Origin: Spirochaetales bacterium
GTDB taxonomy: Bacteria > Spirochaetota > Spirochaetia > JAGLYY01
DNA: 43,724 nucleotides
NCBI GenBank assembly: GCA_023131935.1
Contig: JAGLYY010000172.1
Coordinates: 1 to 43,724, forward strand
Direction: 5' to 3'
The notes below the pieces were generated by a model, which did no database searches, was not told where the DNA came from, and worked only from the letters and a program-made list of their open reading frames with translations. Of this stretch, positions 34,625-43,162 are shown in pieces. Every line of letters starts with the position of its first letter. The stretch's first letter is position 1. A program made the position numbers and the translations under genes.

Positions 34625-36497
34625 GGATGAAAGCATAGTCGCCCTTGATATACAGGGGCATCTTCAAAGAAATGGGTATGAAGTTCTCGGTATCTTTAGT
34701 TCAGGTGAAAATGCTTTAGAGAAGCTACCTGATCAGCTGCCCGACATTGTCCTTATGGATATTCGTCTCCAAGGTCAGATGGACGGAGTTGAAGCCGGGC
34801 AAATAATTCGAAATACCTATGGCATACCGGTAATACTGCTGACAGCTTACGCGGATGACGAGACCATTGAAAGAGCAAAACTTTCAGAACCCTTCGGATA
34901 CCTGGTAAAACCTTTTGAAGAAAGGGAACTGAAAACAACTATTGAAATGGCCCTTCACCGCTCACGGTTAGAGAAGAAGCTTCATGAAAGCGAAGAGCGG
35001 TACAGGAAACTTTTCGAAGATGATCTGTCCGGAAATTTTATAGCTACGGAGGAAGGGGATATTATAGATTGTAATCCTTCCTTCGTTAAAATGTTTGGTT
35101 TTTCATCCAGAGATGAAGCTATTTCCGCAAATCTCAGCGACATGTTCCTCTTAAAAGAGCAATATAAGGAAAACTGGGAGATACTTACTGAAAAAAAACA
35201 GCTAAAATTCATTGAAATGACCATTCTATCTAAACAGAAAAAACCTTTGGAAATAATGGCCACTCTTATAGCCGATGTGTTTGATGATGGTAGCATCAAA
35301 GAGGTGAAGGGTTACTTTATTGATATGACAGAGATGAAACGGCTGGAGCAGCAGCTCCTGCAAAGCCAGAAGATGGAAGCGGTTGGAAGGCTGGCAGGGG
35401 GTATTGCCCACGATTTCAATAATCTTCTTACAGTAATTCTAGGATATTCATCAATGCTGATGGACCGAAGTACAGGCAATGAATCAATGTCGGAGGAAGT
35501 TAACGGGATCCAAACAGCAGCTAAAAAAGCATCTTCCTTAACCCGGCAGCTCCTCACTTTATCAAGAAAACAGATCCTGACACCAAAACCGGTGGATTTG
35601 AATGTACTAATCGGGGACATGGAGAGAATGTTTGAAAGGTTGATAAATGAAAATATTTCCCTGCAACTGTTTCTCGATGCGGAAAATACGGTAATTATTA
35701 TTGATCCCGGTCAGTTAGAGCAGGTACTTTTAAACCTCGTGGTTAATGCTAAAGACGCAATGCCAAATGGCGGTACTCTTCGCATAGAGACGAGGAATGA
35801 AAGAATATTTGAAAGAATTACGTCTATTAATGGTACTATAGAGCCTGGTTATTATGTGATCATCTCATGTGCGGATTCAGGTACCGGAATAGAAAAGGTA
35901 ATAATGGATAAGGTGTTTGAACCATTTTTTACAACTAAACCGGTAGAGACCGGCACTGGCCTTGGGCTTTCTATGGTCTATGGAATCATTCAACAGAGCC
36001 AGGGTTGGATAACCGTTGAAAGTGAGCCGGGGAAGGGTACAGCTTTCAATTTCTTTTTTCGCAGCTCAGAGAAATCCAGTAAAAAAACAATAGAAAAGCC
36101 AAAACTCGTACCTGAGAGTCGTGGAGATGAAACGATACTTCTTGTTGAGGATGAATCAAATGTTCGTGATCTTGTATTAAGGATGCTGGAAAGTCAGGGA
36201 TACCATATTCTGGAGGCAGAGAATGCGGGAGAGGCGCTGCTTATATGTGAAAATTTTGAAAGCAGGATTCATCTGCTTTTATCTGATATTGTAATGCCAG
36301 TGATGAACGGAGATAAACTTGCTGTCAGGCTTAAAACAATACGTCCGGATATCAAGGTGCTCTTAATGTCGGGATACCCCGATAAAGAGGCAAATGAACT
36401 GACATTAGGCTCCAGGGGAATAGATTTTATCGCGAAGCCTTTTAACATTGAGGAGTTGGCTGTAAAAGTAAGGAAGGTCCTGGACAGAGCTCCTTGA
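34596..36497 (+). CDS. Cytoplasmic hybrid histidine kinase REC-PAS-HisKA-HATPase-REC
   Basis: N-terminal receiver paralogous to that of the 32067 kinase. H-box GIAHDFNNLL. N-box NLVVNAKDAM. G-boxes DSGTGI/GTGLGLS. C-terminal receiver (ILLVEDES...LLLSDIVMP...). No TM segment. Confidence 0.9.
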   Translation: MGKPRILIIEDESIVALDIQGHLQRNGYEVLGIFSSGENALEKLPDQLPDIVLMDIRLQGQMDGVEAGQIIRNTYGIPVILLTAYADDETIERAKLSEPFGYLVKPFEERELKTTIEMALHRSRLEKKLHESEERYRKLFEDDLSGNFIATEEGDIIDCNPSFVKMFGFSSRDEAISANLSDMFLLKEQYKENWEILTEKKQLKFIEMTILSKQKKPLEIMATLIADVFDDGSIKEVKGYFIDMTEMKRLEQQLLQSQKMEAVGRLAGGIAHDFNNLLTVILGYSSMLMDRSTGNESMSEEVNGIQTAAKKASSLTRQLLTLSRKQILTPKPVDLNVLIGDMERMFERLINENISLQLFLDAENTVIIIDPGQLEQVLLNLVVNAKDAMPNGGTLRIETRNERIFERITSINGTIEPGYYVIISCADSGTGIEKVIMDKVFEPFFTTKPVETGTGLGLSMVYGIIQQSQGWITVESEPGKGTAFNFFFRSSEKSSKKTIEKPKLVPESRGDETILLVEDESNVRDLVLRMLESQGYHILEAENAGEALLICENFESRIHLLLSDIVMPVMNGDKLAVRLKTIRPDIKVLLMSGYPDKEANELTLGSRGIDFIAKPFNIEELAVKVRKVLDRAP

Positions 36498-36513
36498 AGG
36501 ACTCCTTGAAGGA
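36490..36513. repeat. Tandem duplication CTCCTTGAAGGA x2 spanning the hybrid-kinase stop codon
   Basis: Copies at 36490-36501 and 36502-36513. Stop TGA at 36495-36497. The second copy gives an in-frame TGA at 36507-36509. Confidence 0.9.
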
Positions 36514-36543
36514 AAGGTCTTATTACAGTATATTCATTGCATC

Positions 36544-38352
36544 ATGAGTATACAGACTGAACGAATACGCAACTTTTGTATTATCGCGCATATTGATCAT
36601 GGGAAATCTACCCTGGCTGATCGTTTTCTTGAAAAAGCTCACCTCGTTACCGATCGTAACTTTAGGGAACAAATGCTTGATAGCATGGACATTGAAAGAG
36701 AACGGGGAATAACCATAAAATCTCAAGCAGTAACAATTCCATATAAAGCACATGATGGGGAGGAATACAGTTTAAACCTTGTTGATACTCCTGGGCATGT
36801 AGATTTTTCCTACGAGGTATCCCGTGCCATATCCTCATGCGAAGGGGCGCTTCTCCTTGTTGATGCAAGTCAGGGTGTTGAGGCTCAAACCCTTGCTAAT
36901 ATGTATATGGCAATCGAGTATGATCTTGAGATCATCCCTGTAATAAATAAAATCGATCTTCCAAGCGCCGATATTGACATGGTTCGTCATCAAATTGACC
37001 ATGATCTTGGGCTGGACTCTTCTGCCGCGGTTTTAATCTCAGCAAAAACAGGTCAGGGTATTGATGAGCTCCTCGAAATGATAATTCAACATATCCCGTC
37101 ACCACAGGGGAAAAATGAGGCCCCCCTCAAGGCCAGTATTTACGATTCTCACTATGATGCCTACCGCGGAGTTATTGTTCATATCCGTATTTTTGAAGGG
37201 ATGATACGGGAAGCGGATACCATCCGGTTGTTTTCCACCGATGCTGCATATAAGGTAGAAGAGGTCGGACTGTTCAAAATAGGTCTGGAACGGACCAGAA
37301 CATTGCGCACTGGTGAAGTCGGATACTTCATCGCGGGGATTAAAAGAATCTCAGATATCAGGGTCGGGGATACTGTGACCGAACAGGGGAACCCCTGTGC
37401 TGAAGCCCTGCCAGGTTTCAAAGAGGTTAAACCGGTGGTCTTCAGTTCAATTTACCCGGTGAATACAGATGATTATCCGGAGCTTCAAGCGGCCCTGGAC
37501 AAACTAAAATTAAATGACGCGTCCCTCATTTACGAAAAAGACTCTTCAATGGCCCTGGGGTTTGGATTCCGGTGCGGGTTCCTTGGTCTTCTCCACCTGG
37601 AGGTTGTTCAGGAACGGCTTGAACGGGAATTTAACCTTTCAATTGTGTTAACTTCACCATCTGTTCGTTATAGGATCACAATGAACAAAGGCGATCTGAT
37701 ATTCCTGGATAATCCGGTTGAATATCCCGATCCAACACATATTTTAAAAACTGAAGAACCCTACATACAGGCAACGATTATTACTCCGGCAACCTATCTT
37801 GGAAGTATAATAACCCTTTGTCTCGACAAACGGGGAGTTCAAAAAGAAATGATCTATCTTGATGAAAAACGGGTAGAGATCATCTATGAAATGCCTCTTG
37901 CTGAAGTTCTGTTCGATTTTTATGATAAGCTGAAATCTGTCAGTCGTGGATACGCATCTTTTGATTATGATCTTATTGATTATAGACCTACCGACCTTGT
38001 GAAACTTGATATTTTATTGAACGCAAATGTTGTTGACGCCCTTTCTCAGCTGGTTTTTAGAGAAAACGCAACCTCCAGAGCACGGTCAGTATGTAAAAAG
38101 CTCAAAAATGAAATTCCCCGGCACCAATTCAAGATTCCTATACAGGGAACAATCGGTAACACAGTAATTGCGCGGGAAACGATATCCGCCCTGCGGAAAG
38201 ATGTTACGGCGAAGTGTTACGGAGGAGATATCTCCCGAAAACGGAAACTCCTGGAAAAGCAGAGGGAAGGAAAGAAGCGGATGAAGATGGTTGGTAATGT
38301 AGAATTACCACAGGCTGCCTTTCTCGCAATTCTCAAGACAGACGAGACGTAA
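36544..38352 (+). CDS. lepA: Elongation factor 4 (LepA)
   Basis: IRNFCIIAHIDHGKSTL, DTPGHVDF, NKIDL and the LepA-specific C-terminal domain. 602 aa. Confidence 0.95.
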   Translation: MSIQTERIRNFCIIAHIDHGKSTLADRFLEKAHLVTDRNFREQMLDSMDIERERGITIKSQAVTIPYKAHDGEEYSLNLVDTPGHVDFSYEVSRAISSCEGALLLVDASQGVEAQTLANMYMAIEYDLEIIPVINKIDLPSADIDMVRHQIDHDLGLDSSAAVLISAKTGQGIDELLEMIIQHIPSPQGKNEAPLKASIYDSHYDAYRGVIVHIRIFEGMIREADTIRLFSTDAAYKVEEVGLFKIGLERTRTLRTGEVGYFIAGIKRISDIRVGDTVTEQGNPCAEALPGFKEVKPVVFSSIYPVNTDDYPELQAALDKLKLNDASLIYEKDSSMALGFGFRCGFLGLLHLEVVQERLEREFNLSIVLTSPSVRYRITMNKGDLIFLDNPVEYPDPTHILKTEEPYIQATIITPATYLGSIITLCLDKRGVQKEMIYLDEKRVEIIYEMPLAEVLFDFYDKLKSVSRGYASFDYDLIDYRPTDLVKLDILLNANVVDALSQLVFRENATSRARSVCKKLKNEIPRHQFKIPIQGTIGNTVIARETISALRKDVTAKCYGGDISRKRKLLEKQREGKKRMKMVGNVELPQAAFLAILKTDET

Positions 38353-40003
38353 GGATTTTTAACCTCCCTTCATAGGCTTCGGCGGAAAGAAGCACCCTTT
38401 TTAGAAAACCGCTCTCGAGGTTTGCTTGGCCAAAGGCATCGGGAAAATGAAACCACACATAGTCTGTAGCTTTCAGGAGTTTTTTCAGCTGTGGTGTTAC
38501 ATTCTTTTCCCCTGTTAAATATTGGGAACCAATTTGACGTAATTCCATTAGAAGTTTGATTTCACCTTCGAGAAACAACCGAAGGATCTCAGGGGTAAAT
38601 GAAGGGGACCAGGCATCGGAGACGGTCTTTCCCTCTATGGGGCTATCAGGTCGGGTGGATGAAGGTTGATTACGTTCAATGGTTCTGTAGTATTCATCAA
38701 TAAATTCGAGAATTGTCTCCTCACCCTTCATCTGCGCTATCCCCGTCGGAAGGCCGCTATTACCGATATCCTTAAGGCGGTCTTCTCCAAACATGCCCAT
38801 CTGTTCAGCATATCCCTTTAGTACCAGGTCGGTAGTAATGGGAAATCCTTTCTTGCCTTGAATCCGGATGAGAGGGCGGGAAAGGGAGGGGCCGTAGTGG
38901 AGATCTCCTTTAAGTCTGGAATGCTGCGTGAGATAAACGAGGTGGCTGTGAGCGCTCTTCGTATGGGGTTTCCCAGGTTTATACGCAAAGTCAAGACCGG
39001 TAAACAATACAGGGCCTGTGGTTATTGTGAGTGCCACAAAGATTGCAGCTACTCCTACCGACCCGAGGGGAGGGATAGCTGAGGGAAGAAGTTGATGTTC
39101 GCGTAATCGTTTGTAAATTTCAAGGGCTTGAAATGAAGAGTAGAAGAGATATCCCCGTTCTTTGAAAAGGCGGTTAACTCCTGGATAGGAGGTAATATCA
39201 GCAAGGATTGGAACATCATCTAATCCTTCCGGAAAAAAATCATAAAGATTATAAAATTGAGATTCAAGCGCAATTACGCCATCCGGGCGGATCTCTGAAT
39301 CACGAAGTGCAGGCAGTGAAGTATCAACAGAGAGAAGGAAAATTTTATTACGGATAGATCTGATAATGGAGATACTCTCTTCCAGAGATTCCCCTGCACC
39401 AACAACCAGGACCGGCTTTGATGTATTGAGTTCAGATAGATCTTTCCATGGCAGCAGAAGATTTTCAAAGAGATTTCTGAGAAATCTGGTTCCGAGGTGG
39501 GCCAGAGTCATCTTGTTTTTCCAGAAGAGCTCAATTTCATGATTTAAAAATTTTAAAACTCTATCGTAACCATCTCTGTTAAGAGAATACCCGCCGTTGA
39601 GGGAGAGCAGGATACACCTCCTGAATCCTTTCTCTTGATGATCGAGAAAAAAACTCGAAAGTTTTTCAATCGAACTGGAAAAAAGGTAGCTTATTTTGCC
39701 AGATTCAAGGAGTCGGGTAATACTTTCAAGATTTTTATCAAGCTCCAGGCAAAGAAGGTGACTTGAAGCGGGAAGGATATCAGCTAACTCCTTTAAGCCA
39801 TAGGACAATAGTGGAGATGGGATAAGAAAAAGGGTTTTCTCCTGTATCTTTACATTTCTCACTCTTCGGAGGACAGCATCCAGAGGATTTTTTAAGGGGT
39901 AAAGGTATCTGCCGCAGTAATGGATAGAAAAAACCCCATCTGTTGGAATCAGATGGGGTTGTGAATCCTTAGTTTGCGGGGTAGAGCCTTGAGAAGGCTG
40001 CAT
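38333..40003 (-). CDS. Motility-accessory-factor-like protein (Maf / DUF115, MptE-like fold)
   Basis: KPVLVVGAGESLEESI...LLSVDTSLPALRDSEIRPDGVIALESQ matches the DUF115 core pattern. Start taken as ATG 40001-40003; the track extends to 40123 in overlap with the upstream gene. The 3' end overlaps lepA convergently by 20 nt. Confidence 0.65.
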   Translation of the reverse strand: MQPSQGSTPQTKDSQPHLIPTDGVFSIHYCGRYLYPLKNPLDAVLRRVRNVKIQEKTLFLIPSPLLSYGLKELADILPASSHLLCLELDKNLESITRLLESGKISYLFSSSIEKLSSFFLDHQEKGFRRCILLSLNGGYSLNRDGYDRVLKFLNHEIELFWKNKMTLAHLGTRFLRNLFENLLLPWKDLSELNTSKPVLVVGAGESLEESISIIRSIRNKIFLLSVDTSLPALRDSEIRPDGVIALESQFYNLYDFFPEGLDDVPILADITSYPGVNRLFKERGYLFYSSFQALEIYKRLREHQLLPSAIPPLGSVGVAAIFVALTITTGPVLFTGLDFAYKPGKPHTKSAHSHLVYLTQHSRLKGDLHYGPSLSRPLIRIQGKKGFPITTDLVLKGYAEQMGMFGEDRLKDIGNSGLPTGIAQMKGEETILEFIDEYYRTIERNQPSSTRPDSPIEGKTVSDAWSPSFTPEILRLFLEGEIKLLMELRQIGSQYLTGEKNVTPQLKKLLKATDYVWFHFPDAFGQANLESGFLKRVLLSAEAYEGRLKILTSRLS

Positions 40004-41519
40004 TGAAATTATCTTCAAGTTGATCGGAATGAAGAAAGAGATCAACCAGCTGTTGTTCTTTCCACTGCTGGGAGGCATAGGGGTAGAACAATTCAAGAAG
40101 AGAAAGTTCATCCTCAGGGACATCTCTCTCCTCTATGAGTTGGAGTATCACAGCTTCGTTATTCAGGATCAGGGGCTCGGAAACTTCACCAGGTTTAATA
40201 GAAAATGCTCTTTTAAAAAAGGCAAGGTTGCTTGAAGCCCCCGGAAGAATAGGGTTGCCAGCTTCATCGGCGATTTGCTTCATAAAGGGATTATTTCTGA
40301 AGGAAAGGTTTCCATAATTGATCGGGAAGAAACCGGTAGAAAAGTAGGGTCGTTCGAGCGAAACGCTAGCGGCTTCAAAGCTGGTACTGAAAGCTGTAGT
40401 ACTGAAGCGATAACCCTCTTCGATGAGGTAATCTTCCAGCATGCCTTTCTCGTACCGTTTCATATAGGAAAGAGCTTCTTCCAGATCCTCACTCGATTTA
40501 AGATCAATGGGGCTGCTCGACGAATCGATCCTGAAAATCGCCCAACTATCCCCAGACATAGGTAGAACTTCGCTTATCGTTCCATCAGGAAGGGAGAAAA
40601 GGTTGTCCAGATCTCCAAGGTTGGCAAAATCCGCCCTGAGTTCGTGGTACCATAGCTCTCCCATTTCGCCTCCGCTATTTGCAAAGGCATCCTGTGAATG
40701 GGCACCGGCAAGTTCTCCGAAAATTGCCTGATCAGCCTCGATCTGATTTCTCAGGTTCTGTGCATCCTCCGCGCTTGAACGGATGAGGATCCTGCTGATT
40801 GAGATCTTCTGAAAGAGTTTCGCGTGTGTTTCTCCATAATCCGTGAGTCTGTCATTGGGATAAGCGTCCATCGAAATGGTAACGTAGCGAAATTTCCTTT
40901 CAGGAGTGCCCATAGATTTTATAAACTCAAGCTCGTGAGAGCTGACCTTCTGACTGGCCAGAACATCAGATGTATACTGTGAGTGAATAAGTTCCTCTTC
41001 AACAAGATCCCGGTTCGAGTGTTTTTCTATATTCGAAGTTTGCCGGTACTTATCCTCATCAAAAACACCGTTGGTGAGATAACCAGGATAAGAAGTCAGG
41101 GCAAGATCTACCCTGCTTTCGGTGATGTGCATTCCACTTTCATTAAAATCGTGGAGTATGGCAGTATGAATAACGGTCCTTTCGAAAGCGCCTTTCCAAA
41201 TTTGGTAGACAACCAGATCAAAAGAAGTCTGATCACCATACTCACCACCAAGTTGCTCGGCAATGAGGTTCCTCTGGCGCGTAAGATAGTTGCCAGGGCG
41301 CAAGTCGATGACTTCGGATCCATATTTCCCAAAGATTACCTGTCCGGAGGCGCCGAGCTTACCCGCAAGCGGTCCTCCAATGAAGGTAACGACAATAACT
41401 ATGAGTATAATAAGACTGATGGTCCAGATGACAGGTTTGTGATGCCATCTCTTTCCAGCTTCCTCCACTCTTTCGTTTCTGAGTTTCTGTTTCATTCGTC
41501 TGACGTTTCTAGAAGGCAT
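39969..41519 (-). CDS. PpiD/SurA-like periplasmic chaperone with parvulin-type PPIase domain, membrane anchored
   Basis: N-terminal TM anchor (VIWTISLIILIVIVVTFIGG), a SurA-N-like region, and a parvulin-like segment (ISRILIRSSAEDAQNLRNQIEADQAIFGELAGAHSQDAFANSGGEMGEL...). Confidence 0.65.
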   Translation of the reverse strand: MPSRNVRRMKQKLRNERVEEAGKRWHHKPVIWTISLIILIVIVVTFIGGPLAGKLGASGQVIFGKYGSEVIDLRPGNYLTRQRNLIAEQLGGEYGDQTSFDLVVYQIWKGAFERTVIHTAILHDFNESGMHITESRVDLALTSYPGYLTNGVFDEDKYRQTSNIEKHSNRDLVEEELIHSQYTSDVLASQKVSSHELEFIKSMGTPERKFRYVTISMDAYPNDRLTDYGETHAKLFQKISISRILIRSSAEDAQNLRNQIEADQAIFGELAGAHSQDAFANSGGEMGELWYHELRADFANLGDLDNLFSLPDGTISEVLPMSGDSWAIFRIDSSSSPIDLKSSEDLEEALSYMKRYEKGMLEDYLIEEGYRFSTTAFSTSFEAASVSLERPYFSTGFFPINYGNLSFRNNPFMKQIADEAGNPILPGASSNLAFFKRAFSIKPGEVSEPLILNNEAVILQLIEERDVPEDELSLLELFYPYASQQWKEQQLVDLFLHSDQLEDNFNAAFSRLYPAN

Positions 41520-41616
41520 TGTTGTCCCTTAAATTACAAAATAGTGAAAAAAACATAGCATGGAGTATAAGGAGTGTCAATGTAAAGAATCGATATTCAA
41601 ACTGGTAATAGTGTAC

Positions 41617-41645
41617 TTGACACTTTCCCCCTTCCGCGATATATT
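41617..41645 (+). promoter_or_regulatory. Sigma-70 promoter TTGACA-N17-TATATT for tRNA-Asp
   Basis: -35 at 41617-41622 and -10 at 41640-41645, 13 nt before the tRNA 5' end. Confidence 0.6.
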
Positions 41646-41658
41646 ACGCTCACATTAA

Positions 41659-41732
41659 GGGGGCGTAGCGAAGATGGTTATCGCGCCGGCCTGTCAAGCC
41701 GGAGACCGCGGGTTCAATCCCCGTCGCTCCCG
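41659..41732 (+). tRNA. tRNA-Asp (anticodon GTC)
   Basis: Hand-folded: acceptor GGGGGCG/CGCTCCC (one G-U), D-arm GCGA...TCGC, anticodon arm CCGGC-CTGTCAA-GCCGG, T-arm GCGGG-TTCAATC-CCCGT. Confidence 0.85.
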
Positions 41733-41734
41733 TA

Positions 41735-41759
41735 AGTCCCCTTTTTGGGGGCTTTTTTT
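41735..41759 (+). terminator. Rho-independent terminator immediately after tRNA-Asp
   Basis: AGTCCCC-TTTTT-GGGGGCT hairpin (7 bp, one G-U) running into a T7 tract. Confidence 0.7.
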
Positions 41760-41789
41760 ATATCTGTCCGGAATAATTTCCGGTATTAT

Positions 41790-41862
41790 CGGGCTGTAGC
41801 GCAGGGGCTAGCGCACTGCGTTCGGGACGCAGGGGTCGGTGGTTCGAATCCACTCAGCCCGA
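41790..41862 (+). tRNA. tRNA-Pro (anticodon CGG)
   Basis: Hand-folded: acceptor CGGGCTG/CAGCCCG, D-arm GCGC...GCGC, anticodon arm CTGCG-TTCGGGA-CGCAG, T-arm GGTGG-TTCGAAT-CCACT. Very close to the E. coli tRNA-Pro(CGG) layout. Confidence 0.9.
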
Positions 41863-41912
41863 CTAGTACTCAGGGGCTGTTCAGAGAGCAGCCTCTTCGT
41901 CATAAATGCAAG

Positions 41913-42215
41913 GAAGGGCTGCTATTCACTTTTCATGGAGAGCAAATAAAGCGGCGTTATCTTCCTGACATGTTCTGGATTGGACTGAAGAACGCGGGAA
42001 TCAAGATGGATGGGAAAGGATTCACTCCATATTCGCTACGCTATAGCAAAAATACCAGGATGGAGGAGTATCTTCCTAGGCGGACGCTCTAGGAGTTCAC
42101 AGGGCATGAATCGGATGAGATGACGGATTATTACTTCAATCCTGATACAGCACACCTGCTGGAGCGCCTTGAGGGAAACCAGGATAAACGGGAGTTGGTG
42201 GAGCGGTTCTGGTGA
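41913..42215 (+). pseudogene. Tyrosine recombinase C-terminal remnant (last ~100 codons only, in-frame stop)
   Basis: EGLLFTFHGEQIKRRYLPDMFWIGLKNAGIKMDGKGFTPYSLRYS...L*EFTGHESDEMTDYYFNP. In-frame TAG at 42090-42092 lies between box II and the GH...Y tail. Box II His is replaced (LRYS). No N-terminal/core-binding part; the upstream part of the track ORF is tRNA-Pro. Confidence 0.6.
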
Positions 42216-42255
42216 ACAGAGAAACAAAAATTATTATGCTTTGAATGGTCAATGA

Positions 42256-42678
42256 TCAATCAATCCTGAGCACGCCCTTACAGTACAAGTAGTAACCGTT
42301 TCCTGTAGTAACGTAAGAGAGAACAGTCATTTTTCTCAGAATGTGACAGAAATCTTGATCATCGTCTATACAGCTGTATAATTCATCAACCAGAGAAAAC
42401 AGTCTATCCACCATATCATCTGTAATCTCAACCGGTTTTTCAGCTTTGTTTACCATTGCATTAAGCCTAATAGCAAAAGCCGCATGTGTTGCCTGGAGTA
42501 CATGGTGAAGAAAAATCAACGATTCGTTGAATTCAATATTCATTATACGCCGTACCACACCATGTAGGGCACTTAAAAAATATAATTTCTTGCTTAAATC
42601 TTTTGTTTCTTTGATTTTTGGTAGTACATAAGTAAATTCCTTTAAAATAATGTCTTTGTTAATTGATGAAAGATTCAT
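42256..42678 (-). CDS. Unknown ~140-aa protein, third gene of the toxin-antitoxin-like operon
   Basis: ATG 42676-42678 (MNLSSINKD...) is preceded by AAGGAGG 8 nt upstream and lies 22 nt after the antitoxin stop. Sequence looks helix-rich. No family recognised. The track ORF start at 42714 overlaps the antitoxin and lacks an SD. Confidence 0.65.
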   Translation of the reverse strand: MNLSSINKDIILKEFTYVLPKIKETKDLSKKLYFLSALHGVVRRIMNIEFNESLIFLHHVLQATHAAFAIRLNAMVNKAEKPVEITDDMVDRLFSLVDELYSCIDDDQDFCHILRKMTVLSYVTTGNGYYLYCKGVLRID

Positions 42679-42700
42679 AGGTATCTCCTCCTTAATAATA

Positions 42701-43162
42701 TTACACAGCTTCAAGTATATTTGTCTTATACTCTGGCCTGGTAACTGTGCATTCTGCTGTACCTAGTGCTTCTACTCCAGGTAATCTATTAAGATATTCA
42801 GGAGTCTTCTCAAGAGTGAATGAGGAAATAGAAGCGTTAATGATATCCTGATAATCAAAGTGTGGCATAGTAAGATATTCTCTTTCCGTCTCTCTTAACT
42901 CAACGGCAGCTTCTACATTAAGAGCGCTGGCTATTTTACAAAGAGTGAGAATGGTCATATTATTCACTCCTTGCAATATTTGCGTCACATAAGATTTGCT
43001 GACTTTCAGTTTTTTAGCCAGATCTCGTCTTGAGATATTTGTCTCATCAAGAAGCTCCCCTATTCTTATTGCTATTTGAAAAGCAATTTTATCAGCTTGA
43101 TACTCGGGAGTTTCTATTGCTTTATTTACGATATCTTCCCATTTACCAATATAAGTAGCCAT
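42701..43162 (-). CDS. XRE-family HTH antitoxin (HigA-like) with ~60-aa C-terminal extension
   Basis: HTH ISRRDLAKKLKVSKSYVTQILQGVNNMTILTLCKIASALNV ends near residue ~90 of 153. The ATG directly abuts the toxin stop (TAA|ATG), with a GGAGGAG SD inside the toxin 3' end. Confidence 0.8.
   Translation of the reverse strand: MATYIGKWEDIVNKAIETPEYQADKIAFQIAIRIGELLDETNISRRDLAKKLKVSKSYVTQILQGVNNMTILTLCKIASALNVEAAVELRETEREYLTMPHFDYQDIINASISSFTLEKTPEYLNRLPGVEALGTAECTVTRPEYKTNILEAV

Noticed and set aside
38333-38352. Convergent 3' overlaps (lepA/Maf 20 nt; rsfS/acidic ORF 22 nt at 22309-22330)
   Set aside because: The overlaps are real in the sequence. They are a common consequence of compact genomes without intervening terminators, so they are not treated as a separate finding.
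40983-41558. 191-aa plus-strand ORF
   Set aside because: It lies entirely antisense to the PpiD-like gene, with no SD and no recognisable motifs.
41745-41912. N-terminal part of track ORF 41745-42092
   Set aside because: This stretch is the tRNA-Asp terminator tail and tRNA-Pro read as protein. Only the portion from ~41913 resembles an integrase.
42256-42678. Third gene of the TA-like operon as a SecB-like chaperone (classical TAC system)
   Set aside because: The size is similar, but the sequence looks helix-dominated and I see none of the SecB-like beta-rich N-terminal pattern. It is kept as unknown, and a profile search is needed.
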